A DNA stretch of 60,445 bases, the filler included, from Hausera hauseri (taxonomy: Eukaryota), in the NCBI GenBank assembly GCA_046269625.1. It is 10 parts of 10 records of this genome, joined end to end, with 100 filler letters (N's around TTAATTAATTAA, not from the genome) between each part and the next. Parts side by side here need not be neighbours in the genome. Positions count along the whole stretch, not along the records: positions 1 to 4,526 come from JBJURY010541342.1; positions 4,627 to 9,833 come from JBJURY010307276.1; positions 9,934 to 14,281 come from JBJURY010623442.1; 7 more parts are not named here. One strand, 5' to 3'. Positions within the stretch are counted from its first letter, which is position 1. Each line of letters starts with the position of its first letter. This document shows positions 1-9,935 of this stretch, piece by piece. A model generated the notes under the pieces. It saw only the letters and a list, made by a program, of their open reading frames with translations, was not told the origin of the DNA and ran no database searches. The position numbers and the translations under genes are program-made.

Positions 1-118
1 CTCCAATTTGTCGGTATAGACTTTTGGACAGTGGTTTGAGGACAGTGACGTGCTGCTGTAAGAAATCATCGATATCGAAACTGGAACTGACTGCTGGATT
101 CTTCGCCTTCTCGGTCAT
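1..118 (-). CDS. 5' end of Gypsy accessory ORF (MTEKAKNPAVSSSFDIDDFLQQHVTVLKPLSKSLYRQIG...), runs off contig
   Basis: ATG at 118-116, open to the contig end; resembles SIDDYLQRCVKILILQSKSIFR at 48409 onward. Confidence 0.6.
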   Translation of the reverse strand, partial: MTEKAKNPAVSSSFDIDDFLQQHVTVLKPLSKSLYRQIG

Positions 119-150
119 ACTTACTTTGCTGAAATAAAAGTAAAGGTTAA
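119..150 (-). promoter_or_regulatory. Putative 3' splice site followed by a 4-nt exon and a 5' splice site
   Basis: Minus strand TTAAC-CTTTACTTTTATTT-CAG-caaa-GTAAGT-ATG; the same layout occurs at 48368-48402. Confidence 0.55.
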
Positions 151-196
151 TCCTAAGACAGGTCATCGTTTTAAAATAAAACATTTTCTCTGTCTG

Positions 197-240
197 ATGA
201 TAGGATAACCCAATCTCTAGTTGTCAGGTTATGCTATCAT
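197..240 (-). other. Conserved 44-nt RNA stem-loop between membrane ORF and accessory ORF
   Basis: ATGATAG-c-ATAACCT...GGGTTAT-c-CTATCAT; same-length homologous hairpin at 48280-48323. Confidence 0.6.
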
Positions 241-265
241 AAAGTCCGTCTTGGTGCCCTTTTAC

Positions 266-1546
266 TCATTTATCTCCTTTCCGATTTTTGCATCGCTTAT
301 TACAACTTTTGGAAACTAGAAAAATCATCGCCGTTAATATGACAAGAAAGAAAATTGACAAACTTAATATAGCTATCGTCAGTAAATTGTTTAGCTCAGT
401 AGACATTTTTGTGGTAGAAGCATCTTGCGTACTCAGATCTCTATACCGCATTACCTCGATCTGGTTGTTTAGAGTCCGCACTGTATAAGTTTTAGGGTTC
501 TTACCCTTTGAGGTAATTCTGATTATATAGTCATGTTGCGGCCGTAAGGACCTGCATTCAGCTTCCTGACTATTCTTTTTCAGGATCACAACTTGGTTGG
601 TGTGCAGGGTGCGACATTCGATTTTGACGTCTCGATTAAACGTCTCTTCAGCGTAAAATAAAATTTTGTCGCTTTTTGACAAAATCTTTACTGGTATGCT
701 TCCGGGCATTTCGTCCGAAGTGACAATCGTAGTGGTGAGAGTTGTGCTTGGAGCAGTAGACGGTTTTCCCGTAGTGGTTTGGAATGGAAGCTTCCATATT
801 TCGTTTCTTGGGCGATATCCCCGTAAATAGGTACTCTGCTCTCCGGGGTACGTATTATACAAATCGAGTTGCAACTGATACTCCTGTCCTAGTTGTATTA
901 CACAGCACGTAGTAGATTAACGTCTGGGCAGATAACAATACTCCGGGTTAGGAATGAAAGCATTCAATGGTATAAATCGGACAGAAATTTGACTGTACTC
1001 TGGCAGCTCTATTGTGTTCTTAATTCGTATACATTGATTCTTTAAGTCCTTGTAAATTCCCATAATGTTATAATCTAAGAGTATTTTAAACGGGTCAGTG
1101 CTTCGTATTATTTCGTCCATCTTGGCTTAGTTTGCATCTTTTCGTTGGGGCATTTTTATTACGAGTTCTGTAATTATATAAGCTTGAGGTCCAAACTGAT
1201 TACAATAAAACATTTGAAATCTGTATCCGTAGGATTGTCCAAAATTCAAATCACAACATCTTTTGTGATGTCCGTACGGAAAATCGCACGTTCTCATCGT
1301 GTTTCCGGTTACACATATTATTTGAAATTTTACGTGTCTCTGAACAGGTTCGCTTGCTTCAAACCATGCGCATGGTTTTTTCCAATCTATATCGTGTACT
1401 CTAAGTGACTGTAAATTTTGGATATCCTTTTGTTTTGCTGCATATTGTAATTTTCCTGTCTGTGAAGTCGATTTCACTTTTGGTATATACGAAGCGATTA
1501 ACGATAAGGCGAGGATTATCTGCACGTATGATACTGGTCCGGTCAC
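266..1546 (-). pseudogene. Element-encoded type I membrane protein (signal-like segment, Cys-rich repeats, S/T stalk, FN3-like domain, TM), in frame with the integrase
   Basis: ORFs 1622-1888, 1127-1546, 917-1120 and 266-874 share one frame and are separated only by single stops. SYVQIILALSLIASYIP is signal-like; LRPQHDYIIRIT..VRT is FN3-like; LLTIAILSLSIFFLVILTAMIFLVS is a TM helix. Homolog at 46860-48250. Confidence 0.75.
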
Positions 1547-1579
1547 TATAATCGACGTTTTCTTTTCTTTATTTGTATT

Positions 1580-4526
1580 GCTTGAACGCAGATTATAACG
1601 TTTATTTGGCCTTATTTCCGTTTAAACTACTCTTTGAATCGACATAACTTTTTCTTTGCCGTTCTTATTTATATAAACTGTGGTTGATGTAACTTTAGTA
1701 ACTTCATAAGGTCCTCTGCCTGTCCTGGAAAGCTTAAGAGATGTGCCTTTCTTTGCTACTGGATAGTGTACGTAAACCCAGTTTCCGGGTTTTAAATCGT
1801 GAGGTTTAGCTTTCCTATCGTATTGCTTCTTGAATTGTTCCTGATAGTCATCAGATAATTCCTTGGCTATTTCCCAACACTTGTGCAATCTCGATTGTAA
1901 TACTTCAACAAAATTTTATTCTAAGTCTTCCGTTCTTGTTGTGTATGGGATCAATCCTAAATCTGTAGGCAATACGGCTTCTCTGCCATACATCATGAAA
2001 AACGGAGTAAATCCTGTTGCAGGATGTGGTGTAGTATTAATGGCAAACTGTGTACCTTCTAAGAACTCAGCTAATCTTTTTGGTCTCTTGCGACTACTGT
2101 CGATAAGATTCGTATAACGGTCGCGTTCATCCGCTTGACCATTCCATTGCATTTGGGATGATAAGCTGTAGTAGGTAGTTGTTCAATCTGAAAAATTTTG
2201 GTAATTTTGTCAAATAATTTGCTCTTAAAGTTTCTTCCTCGATCTGTCAAGATTTGTTCGGGTGGCCCGTATCTGCAAATGATTTTCCGAACTAGGGCTT
2301 CTGCCAAGGTCTCGGCCTTTTGGTCTAATAACGCTATAAGTTCGACGAAATGAGTCAATCAGTTTACACAGGTCAAAATGTATTTGTTATTCTTGTGGGT
2401 TGAAGGCAATGGTCCTACGATATTTATAGACATTGTTTGCACTGGTCTATTTGGCACATTGATAGGTTTAAGTTTAGCGATGTAGTTTTTCACTTTCCTT
2501 TGTTTGGTTGCTCATACTTCGCAAGCATTCACCCAATTCCTTACGTCAATATAAATGCTCGGCCAATAGTACTTATTTAATATCCTTTTCAATGTCTTTT
2601 TCCACGACATGTGTCCGGCTAGGTATAAATCATGTTCGGCTATGAGCACTTCCGTTCGTAATTCCTTTGGTATTACGACTAATTTTTGTTCTTTTCGTTC
2701 GTAGTATAGCACATTTTCTCGGTTCAAATCTCCAACAACGCAGTATTTGTGACCATATAGTCGTAGGTCTTTTCGTAACTGATGACACTTGGGTGTTACA
2801 TTAGTATCAACGAACTCGATAATCTGTTGTATAACCTTGTCTTTCCTCTGTTAGACAGAAATCTTCAATGCCTTGTCTAATGTGAGAGTCCGTTGTCTTT
2901 CTACTAAATCTTCGAGATGGGCTTTCCCCATTACTGTAACTGCGCTTGTTTTGGTTTTAAGTCTCGATAATGCGTCGGCATCAACGTGTTTACTTTCAGA
3001 TTTGTATTGAAATTTGATATTGTATTGTGATATCTCTTCGATCTATCTGTTAAGCCTACAGGTGGGATTATTTGCCCTACCCTTTAAGGTTGTAATTGCC
3101 TTATGATCAGTAACGATTACTATCCTCGGCCCATAGACGTATACATTAAAATGTCTCAAGGCTTCTTTCACCGCTAACGTTTCTAACTCTGTTACGGAAT
3201 AGTTCTTCTCTGCTTTCTTTATAGAATGTCCTCCGGAGGCGATTGGGTGTTTTAGCTCCTTGTCTTCCCGTTTCTGAGCTAATTCATATTCGATGCCTTC
3301 CTTACTGGCATATGTTTTCATTATGAACGGTAGGTTAAAGTCAGGATATCTTAAAACAGGTTCACTAGTTAGAATTTTCTTCATTTCATCAAAAGCCTTT
3401 TGTTCGATATCAGTCCATTTCCATTTAATTCCCTTTTTCAATAAACGATACAAAGGCGCATTTGTCTTTGCATTATTCGATATATAAGTGGCATAATATC
3501 CACATAATCCTAACCAGTTTCAGAGCTCCTTTTGATTCTGGGGTTCCATGCAATCTGATATCTTATTCAATAGTGATTTATCCGGCTTCGACCCTCCTTC
3601 TCCAACTATATGTCCAAGGTACGATACAGCATTCTAAGCCCATTTGCATTTCTTGGGATTCAGCTTTAATCCAGCCTGCTCCAGTCTCATTAGTGTACCT
3701 TCAATATCATTTATGTGATCTTCTTCCGTTTTTAACGCGATCATAACGTCGTCCAAGTAGGCAAATGCGTGTTCTAATCCCATTAGCATCTTATTTATCA
3801 TGCGCGTAAAAAGGGCTGGTCCGGTAGTAATTCCAAAATGCATGACATTAAAATCGTATATACCATAGTGTGTCTTAAATGCCGTTTTGTAACGATCTTC
3901 CTCTTCCGTCTCCACTTGCTAATATCCAGATTGTAAATCGAGCATGGTAAACCATTTAGCTCCCAAAAGTTTGTCCAAAGCTTCCTTTACCAATGGTAAT
4001 GGAAAAGAGTTTTGCATCATGAGTATATTTAATGCTTGATAGTCGATACAAAATCGGTGCTTACTGTTACCCTTTTTCTTAACCATGAGTATTAATGAAT
4101 ACCAAGATCTGTAGCTGGGTCTAATTATGTCGGCCTTTAACATTCGTTCAACCTCTTTGGTTATATCCGGCCTTAATGAGTGTGGAGAAGGATACCATTT
4201 CGGCATCTTTTGATCCTCAAGATCTATTTCATCGTTTGACCCAGGCTTTTTTTAAGCGGAATTGTGAGCTTTAAGGTCCTGGCTCGGCCAATGTCTTCTT
4301 CATCCTTTGCGATAATTGAGCTGTAGCGACAAAGTAGTTCGTAAAATCGACAATATGAGTCTGGTAAAAATTTAGTCTCAACATGGGGTGGAAATTTGGC
4401 ACCCTTATACCTTTTCTCTTTGATGATAATTGACGATACTCTGTACGTGTGTCCTAGAGTGGTATTGGTGTACAGCTTGGTTGGAGTGGGCGCTTTATTC
4501 GCTATTCTAATTGGTACACAGCCTGT
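1580..4526 (-). pseudogene. pol: Ty3/Gypsy pol (PR-RT linker, RT, RNase H, integrase) with stops and frameshifts
   Basis: RFCIDYQALN, LDLQSGY, FAYLDDVMI (RT); KNYSVTELETLAV, VTDHKAI (RNase H); GHMSWKKT..YWPSIY..CEV (HHCC); LTDRGRNF, NGMVKRMN, GPYEV and terminal RYNLRS (IN). Confidence 0.95.
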
Positions 4527-4626
4527 NNNNNNNNNNNNNNNNNNNNNNNNNNNNNNNNNNNNNNNNNNNNTTAATTAATTAANNNNNNNNNNNNNNNNNN
4601 NNNNNNNNNNNNNNNNNNNNNNNNNN
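4527..4626. other. Artificial contig-joining linker (44 N + TTAATTAATTAA + 44 N); identical linkers at 9834-9933, 14282-14381, 19662-19761, 24092-24191, 35746-35845, 40925-41024, 51065-51164, 55557-55656
   Basis: The same 100-nt structure occurs nine times; TTAATTAATTAA puts stop codons in all six frames; sequence content changes abruptly across each one. Confidence 0.97.
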
Positions 4627-4912
4627 GCTGATGAGGAGATCCCACAACAACAAGTGCTGATGCTTTACTTCTGTCTTAATGCAGTCCAAGAGGGTCCTCC
4701 TGCTTGTAGTGTAATGTATAGAGTAATGTATACACAGTCCAAAGGGATCATTGCTATTCTCCACACTGTCACCCAGATCAATTTGTTTCCAAGCTTCATG
4801 ACAAGTAGGAAATATGAGGTCTCGCCTTGATCAAGATTGTGAAGCAAGCGAGATGCTGCCTCTGATCAGTGTATTACTGACAGTTGAGACTGTTCCGGAT
4901 TATGTTTTGCAG

Positions 4913-5064
4913 GTCAGACAAACGAGATTCTGTCCCCATTAGAGCTGAGAATAGAGGAGCTAAAACATCATCTCAGGATTGAATCAGCTGTAGCAGATGG
5001 TGCCAAAAATGTCATCAGAACGTTACAGAATTCCAAGTCTGAGGACAAGAAAGCTCTCAAAGAG
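4913..5064 (+). CDS. PKN: Internal exon of protein kinase N (HR1 Rho-binding domain)
   Basis: Flanked by ttttgcag and gtgagt; encodes [50 protein letters not shown], matching a PKN2-type HR1 repeat (SPLELRMEELRHHFRIE.AVAEGAKNV). Confidence 0.88.
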
Positions 5065-5599
5065 GTGAGTTAATTCTGTGCAGGATAAAGCTGAGTGACG
5101 TTTCAAATATTGGGGTACTTGGTACTAAAAAAGGTATGGAGCTGTGATAATGTAGTAGCTAGTGCATACGCTTTTGAATGTGTGGTCGGGAGTGCAATCC
5201 CACTTGTGGCAGGCTGAATTTCCTTATCGCCGTCTACATTCTCTTATAGTGAGATTGTCGTTGACCGTGTCTTCTTTCTCGTTGTTTCATCTAATTTACA
5301 TGCTGTACTGTATGCTGCTCAGCTCCACCTGTGCACATATTTGTGTATCAAATTGTAACTTTGTGAAACAGACTGTGTCTCAATCCAGTGTCTGGTTATT
5401 AATTGGAATACTACAGACTGATTTTTTCGATGTAGTTTAAAATTTATGTAATTCTAGTTGGTTGTTGAACATTTTTTGTTAATTTGTCTGTGACTGTCAT
5501 CGCCCCAATTCTTCTTCTTCTATGTTTTTCTATTTTACTTTGTCTCATCTAATTTTTAGTCTGTTTAGTGTGGATGAACAGGAATGAGCGGACTCTTGG

Positions 5600-6270
5600 T
5601 CGCAATAATGGTCTGCGTATTCATTTCTTGTATGAATGTGAAATATGGACACTAACCAGTGAGCTAAAGAGTAAAATACAAACAGTTGAAACAAGACACA
5701 CAGATCCATCCGATGAATACAATGCACAGATAATACAACAAATGCTGAAACACGGAAAATAATAAGAAAGAACATCATCAGGTGCCAGGGTGTGCAGCAT
5801 TCATGCATCTCCTTCTTTCGTGACATCTGGTGTCGCCAATCATCTCTACTGTTCAACGTCGGAAACCATGCTTGCATGTCATCCTATACTACTTCTATTT
5901 CCTGGCACTTTGTCTGTGATGACTAAGTTTTAGAGACCTTCTCTTCTTAAAACGTGGCTGGCATGATTGATGCTTGTCTCTTTTTAATATTACTGATAAG
6001 CGTTCTTTCTGCATCTGCTTCGTGCAAAGTAAAGGAAGAACATAGGACCATATAAAGACCTAATGACGACAGTGAAAACATGAAATTTACAATGGCACGA
6101 TTATGTGTCACGAGCTAATGGGCTCTAAAGCACCGTCCTGAAGGTTCAACGAAGTAGACCCAAGATGTGCTGAATAAACAACCCTAACTGAAATCTCCTT
6201 ATGGAACAGCAGAAGCTGATCCATGATGGAAAGACAGTTAACCTTGTGGCACTTCGAGCAAACAGGTTGT
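5600..6270 (+). mobile_element. Degenerate 3' fragment of an RTE-like non-LTR retrotransposon
   Basis: FLYECEIWTLTSELKSKIQTVE and IGPYKDLMTTVK..LQWHDYVSR resemble RTE-clade RT C-termini; interrupted and full of stops. Confidence 0.6.
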
Positions 6271-8099
6271 GGGACCAATGCAGAGCCAGAGAGATAGAAA
6301 GATAGAGAGAGAAGAAGAGAGACAGTGGTAGAGTGAGGTACATAGAGAAAAGGCCTAAGTTTTATGAATCAAGAGGCATCTTATATGAACAAAATCATAA
6401 GAAAAATATTCGGAATTAGACGATCATAGACAATATCAGCTAAAAGCCCACTAGAGAGGCCAGGAGTGAAACAATCATGGACAACATCAGAAAAATAAGA
6501 TAGAAGTGGATAGACCACACTCTGCTCCTCAGAGTAAAATAAGATTGCCAGAGATGGGACGAGAAAAAAGGTAAACGCATTAGATTGACACAAATGAAAA
6601 TTCACAGTGATTTTCCTGTGTTCCGACAACTGAAAGAGAATTTAGTCAGTTTGGTTACAAAAACTGAGCTTCTCACTGAGAAGTTCGCAGGCATACTTGT
6701 GGTGCCCAATGCATTCTTCTATGTCGGTGCCTCCTGAAGTTGGGCGTACATTCTTTTGTGGTGGGTGGGCGGCTTCTGTGGGACCAGCATCACTGTATTC
6801 GGGATATTTCATTAAGAAGCCATTGAAAACTTCCGCATGCTAACCAGCGCAGTGCATGCGCAGTAGGCCGAGTTGCTATATATTCGGTCTGTCAAGGCCA
6901 AAGTCCATAGGTCAGATCCGGGAGCTAATATCCCTAGATCAGCCGGTGTAACAGAATTATATTATTTGCTGTTTCAAAGGCCGCCCGACTGTTGCTAGCC
7001 ACATCACTCTTTCATGTGGCGTTTAGGTAAAAGAAAAAATAATCCTAACGAGAGTTGTGCCCCTGATCTGTGCTTTGTTTTAATTTGTCACGGCAACTCG
7101 TTGATACTGAGTCTCTCGTTTATGACCAGTTACGATGTTTTTCATCCCAAGTGACCCTAGTGTGTCCGTGACATCATTAGAGTTGGGGGGGGGGGGGTTG
7201 TGATTAGCTTATTTTCATCCCAGTAGTTATCCTCTATCCCATGGGAAATGTGCAAGACATGATGGACACTGTACCACTAATCACTTGGGCAGTATTTTAT
7301 TTTCCGTGCTACCTCCAAAGTGCTTTTTCTGGTGTGTCACTGATTTCTCCTCTTCCGACTATTTTCTATCCCACATTCCAGTATCTACAGACCAAGTGGG
7401 GCTCACTGTTGTCCAGTCCCCTCCACCCCATGAAAGCTGTATCCTTGATATAATCACGTTTGGCAGTAAGTTCACCCACAGAAAACGTCTCCATTTCTCT
7501 CCACACGTTCAAGTTTGACATCGGTTTATAAAATGTAAGAAGAAGCTCGATGCCGCCGGTTGTAGTATTCCGCCATCTCATATAATTAAATAGGACATAA
7601 TAATTAAAACAAATTGCTTTCAAGGGAAATTACTCATTATTCTTTAATTTTTTATTTATTGCAAATATTTTAGTAAAATATTTTATGTCTTCCATTTTAG
7701 TAATTATTTTTCTAACTGCTCAAAAAATTTTTTACCAATGTGAAAGTATGTTTAAATAACTTGATAAATCATTAAAATATTTGTCTTAAAATTTTAAAAA
7801 TTAAAATAGATTTCCTCTCTTTAGTCAATCTCATATTGTTCTATAGATAAGTGGGATGACTTTCAATGTCAGTATGTCTTACTGGCGGCTAATTAAATAT
7901 TCACCGGCTCCTAAATCCGTAATCTCGGCAATTTCACTGAGGGTGAATTCACGAACAAATACCCACATTTGGATAGTACTGGTCGCTTGATCAACAACCA
8001 TGCCACAAAGAGAATCTTCAAAAGGGGCCGTAAAGTCAAAAGCCTTATGTTGGGTAGCCTTTCGCCCTTGTGATCCTTAAAGGAACATCTTCACAATGC

Positions 8100-9300
8100 C
8101 ACGAGAGAACAGTCATCATCCGCTGACGAATACGAAACCACCATATCGGTCAGTCCTATTGTGGCAATGGAAGGAGGCAGAGTACATCGTGAAGGAACGC
8201 TTGCTATTACCCAAACCGGGCAAGACGCAGGCAAACAGACGTACCATACAATGATCAGCATTGTTCTCGGGCCCGCTCGAGTCAGCTGGGGCGGGATAGT
8301 CGCCCTATCGGTGGTTTCTCAACCTACAGCCAAACGCACACAAACAACTGTACGAACATTTGCACGGTAAATTCTTTGACTTGTCGCTCCATCCGTCCAT
8401 GTTTCAATCGAACACATTGATCAAGTAAAGAAAAAAGGGACACTCCGTTGGCTAACACCAAATCTAAAGCGTTCAGCTGCTCAGCAGCTCAGCACAAAGC
8501 CCGCGTGGTCACAGGCGCGTTGTCTGCCATAGAAGTGCAACAAGCCCCTGTGGCTAAGGCAATTGGGTTTTTCCTACCGCCACCAACAAAAAATTATCCC
8601 ACACTAACTCACGCTACACCTGACGGACAACATCAACAGTTACTTCAAGGTTTGGATCAGGTTACCGGGGCTAGGGACTCCCTGCCGCATTTGTGGCAAG
8701 ACGGACCACTGGCCCGGTCAATGCCCACAACGGCTACAGAAACTTGACAAACCCACACCAGTAGCCCAAGCTGCCCCCGCACCCCCTAGCCACAGCTTGC
8801 AACCATCCAACCCCAAGACCACGCAAACCCAGGCCGACGTACCACCCACCGCTGAGTACTTATCAGCAGACACCGCCCGTTCAGCCCCCGTCCACATATC
8901 ACTATCACATCTCAATAACAAGCAACCCCCAGCTGACAACCCACCTACACAAAACATCCCATGGTCAGACCCCCGACGCTATTACCGGGAAACACGACAC
9001 TACTCGCAGGATGAGGAAGAAGGGTCGAAATACAGCCAAAAGAACCCATGCTTCCTGGCAAATGTGGCTCACAAGTGGCACCCTATAGTCCACAGCCAAA
9101 CCGGGAAGAGCCAGACACAGGGTCGGAAATGGACGACGACGAGCCACAGCCAACGCCGCGCCCAAAAGAAGAGTTAACAGACTCTGGCTCGCAAGAAGGG
9201 CTTATAGAAGCGGGGATACGCGCGATTGTGAACTTCAACCATGACAGCACCCCAGACACCCTACCATGCATTCAACCACCGCATGCTGCCTGCAAGTACT
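8100..9300 (+). mobile_element. Degenerate gag-like ORF1 of a non-LTR (L1/Tx1-like) retrotransposon
   Basis: CCHC zinc knuckle CRICGKTDHWPGQC at 8683-8724 followed by a Pro/Thr/Gln-rich tail; frameshifted. Confidence 0.55.
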
Positions 9301-9935
9301 ACTCACAAAAACCTTATGGACATGTTTCAACTTTGTTTATTTTGTTTCTTCCATTTTCCTTTCCTTCTCACATTGTAGTCCTCTTTATTTCATTATGGAA
9401 TAAAAGTTTCACACACCCACACACACAAAAATAGTGGCGTGTCGTCCAGGCGGCGTTTCCATGGCGAGGTCCGCATCAGGATTGCCCACAATTGGCTACT
9501 CATAATGCTCAAGGATCCCTGAGGCTCTGGCAGTCTTCCGCTGTGTAGGCCTCCTTGTGCATGAGAAATTTAAACAAAAAAATAAGCACCAACTGAGACA
9601 ATCAGCACACACTACGACAACTATACCTTGGATATATGACAACTCCCTGTCATAGCAAGCCACTGCCAGTCAGACCTAGAGGAACAGGTTAGACCGCATC
9701 CAGGGGGATCTGTGGAGAACAGCAGCGGTAGCATCTTTTGAGAATGAGGGGTCGCATTTGCTCAGTGGTTCAAACCTGTCAACAGTTGTGAAAGTGACAT
9801 CTTAATAGCAGCCCCATGTGCCACGGGTACAGANNNNNNNNNNNNNNNNNNNNNNNNNNNNNNNNNNNNNNNNNNNNTTAATTAATTAANNNNNNNNNNN
9901 NNNNNNNNNNNNNNNNNNNNNNNNNNNNNNNNNCA

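Larger units (their letters stand above)
1..4526 (-). mobile_element. Partial degenerate Ty3/Gypsy LTR retroelement (RT-RNaseH-IN, membrane-protein extension, start of accessory ORF)
   Basis: Pol motifs in RT-RH-IN order; collinear homolog of 43900-48520 on contig 8. Confidence 0.95.

Noticed and set aside
194-245. CTGATGA followed by a stem, suggesting a hammerhead ribozyme
   Set aside because: No GAAA after the stem, and the contig 8 homolog reads TTGATGA; kept only as a plain hairpin.
4571-4582. TTAATTAATTAA as a biological repeat, or the whole window as one giant virus genome
   Set aside because: It is always centred in identical N padding, so it is an artificial linker; contigs include spliced animal genes.
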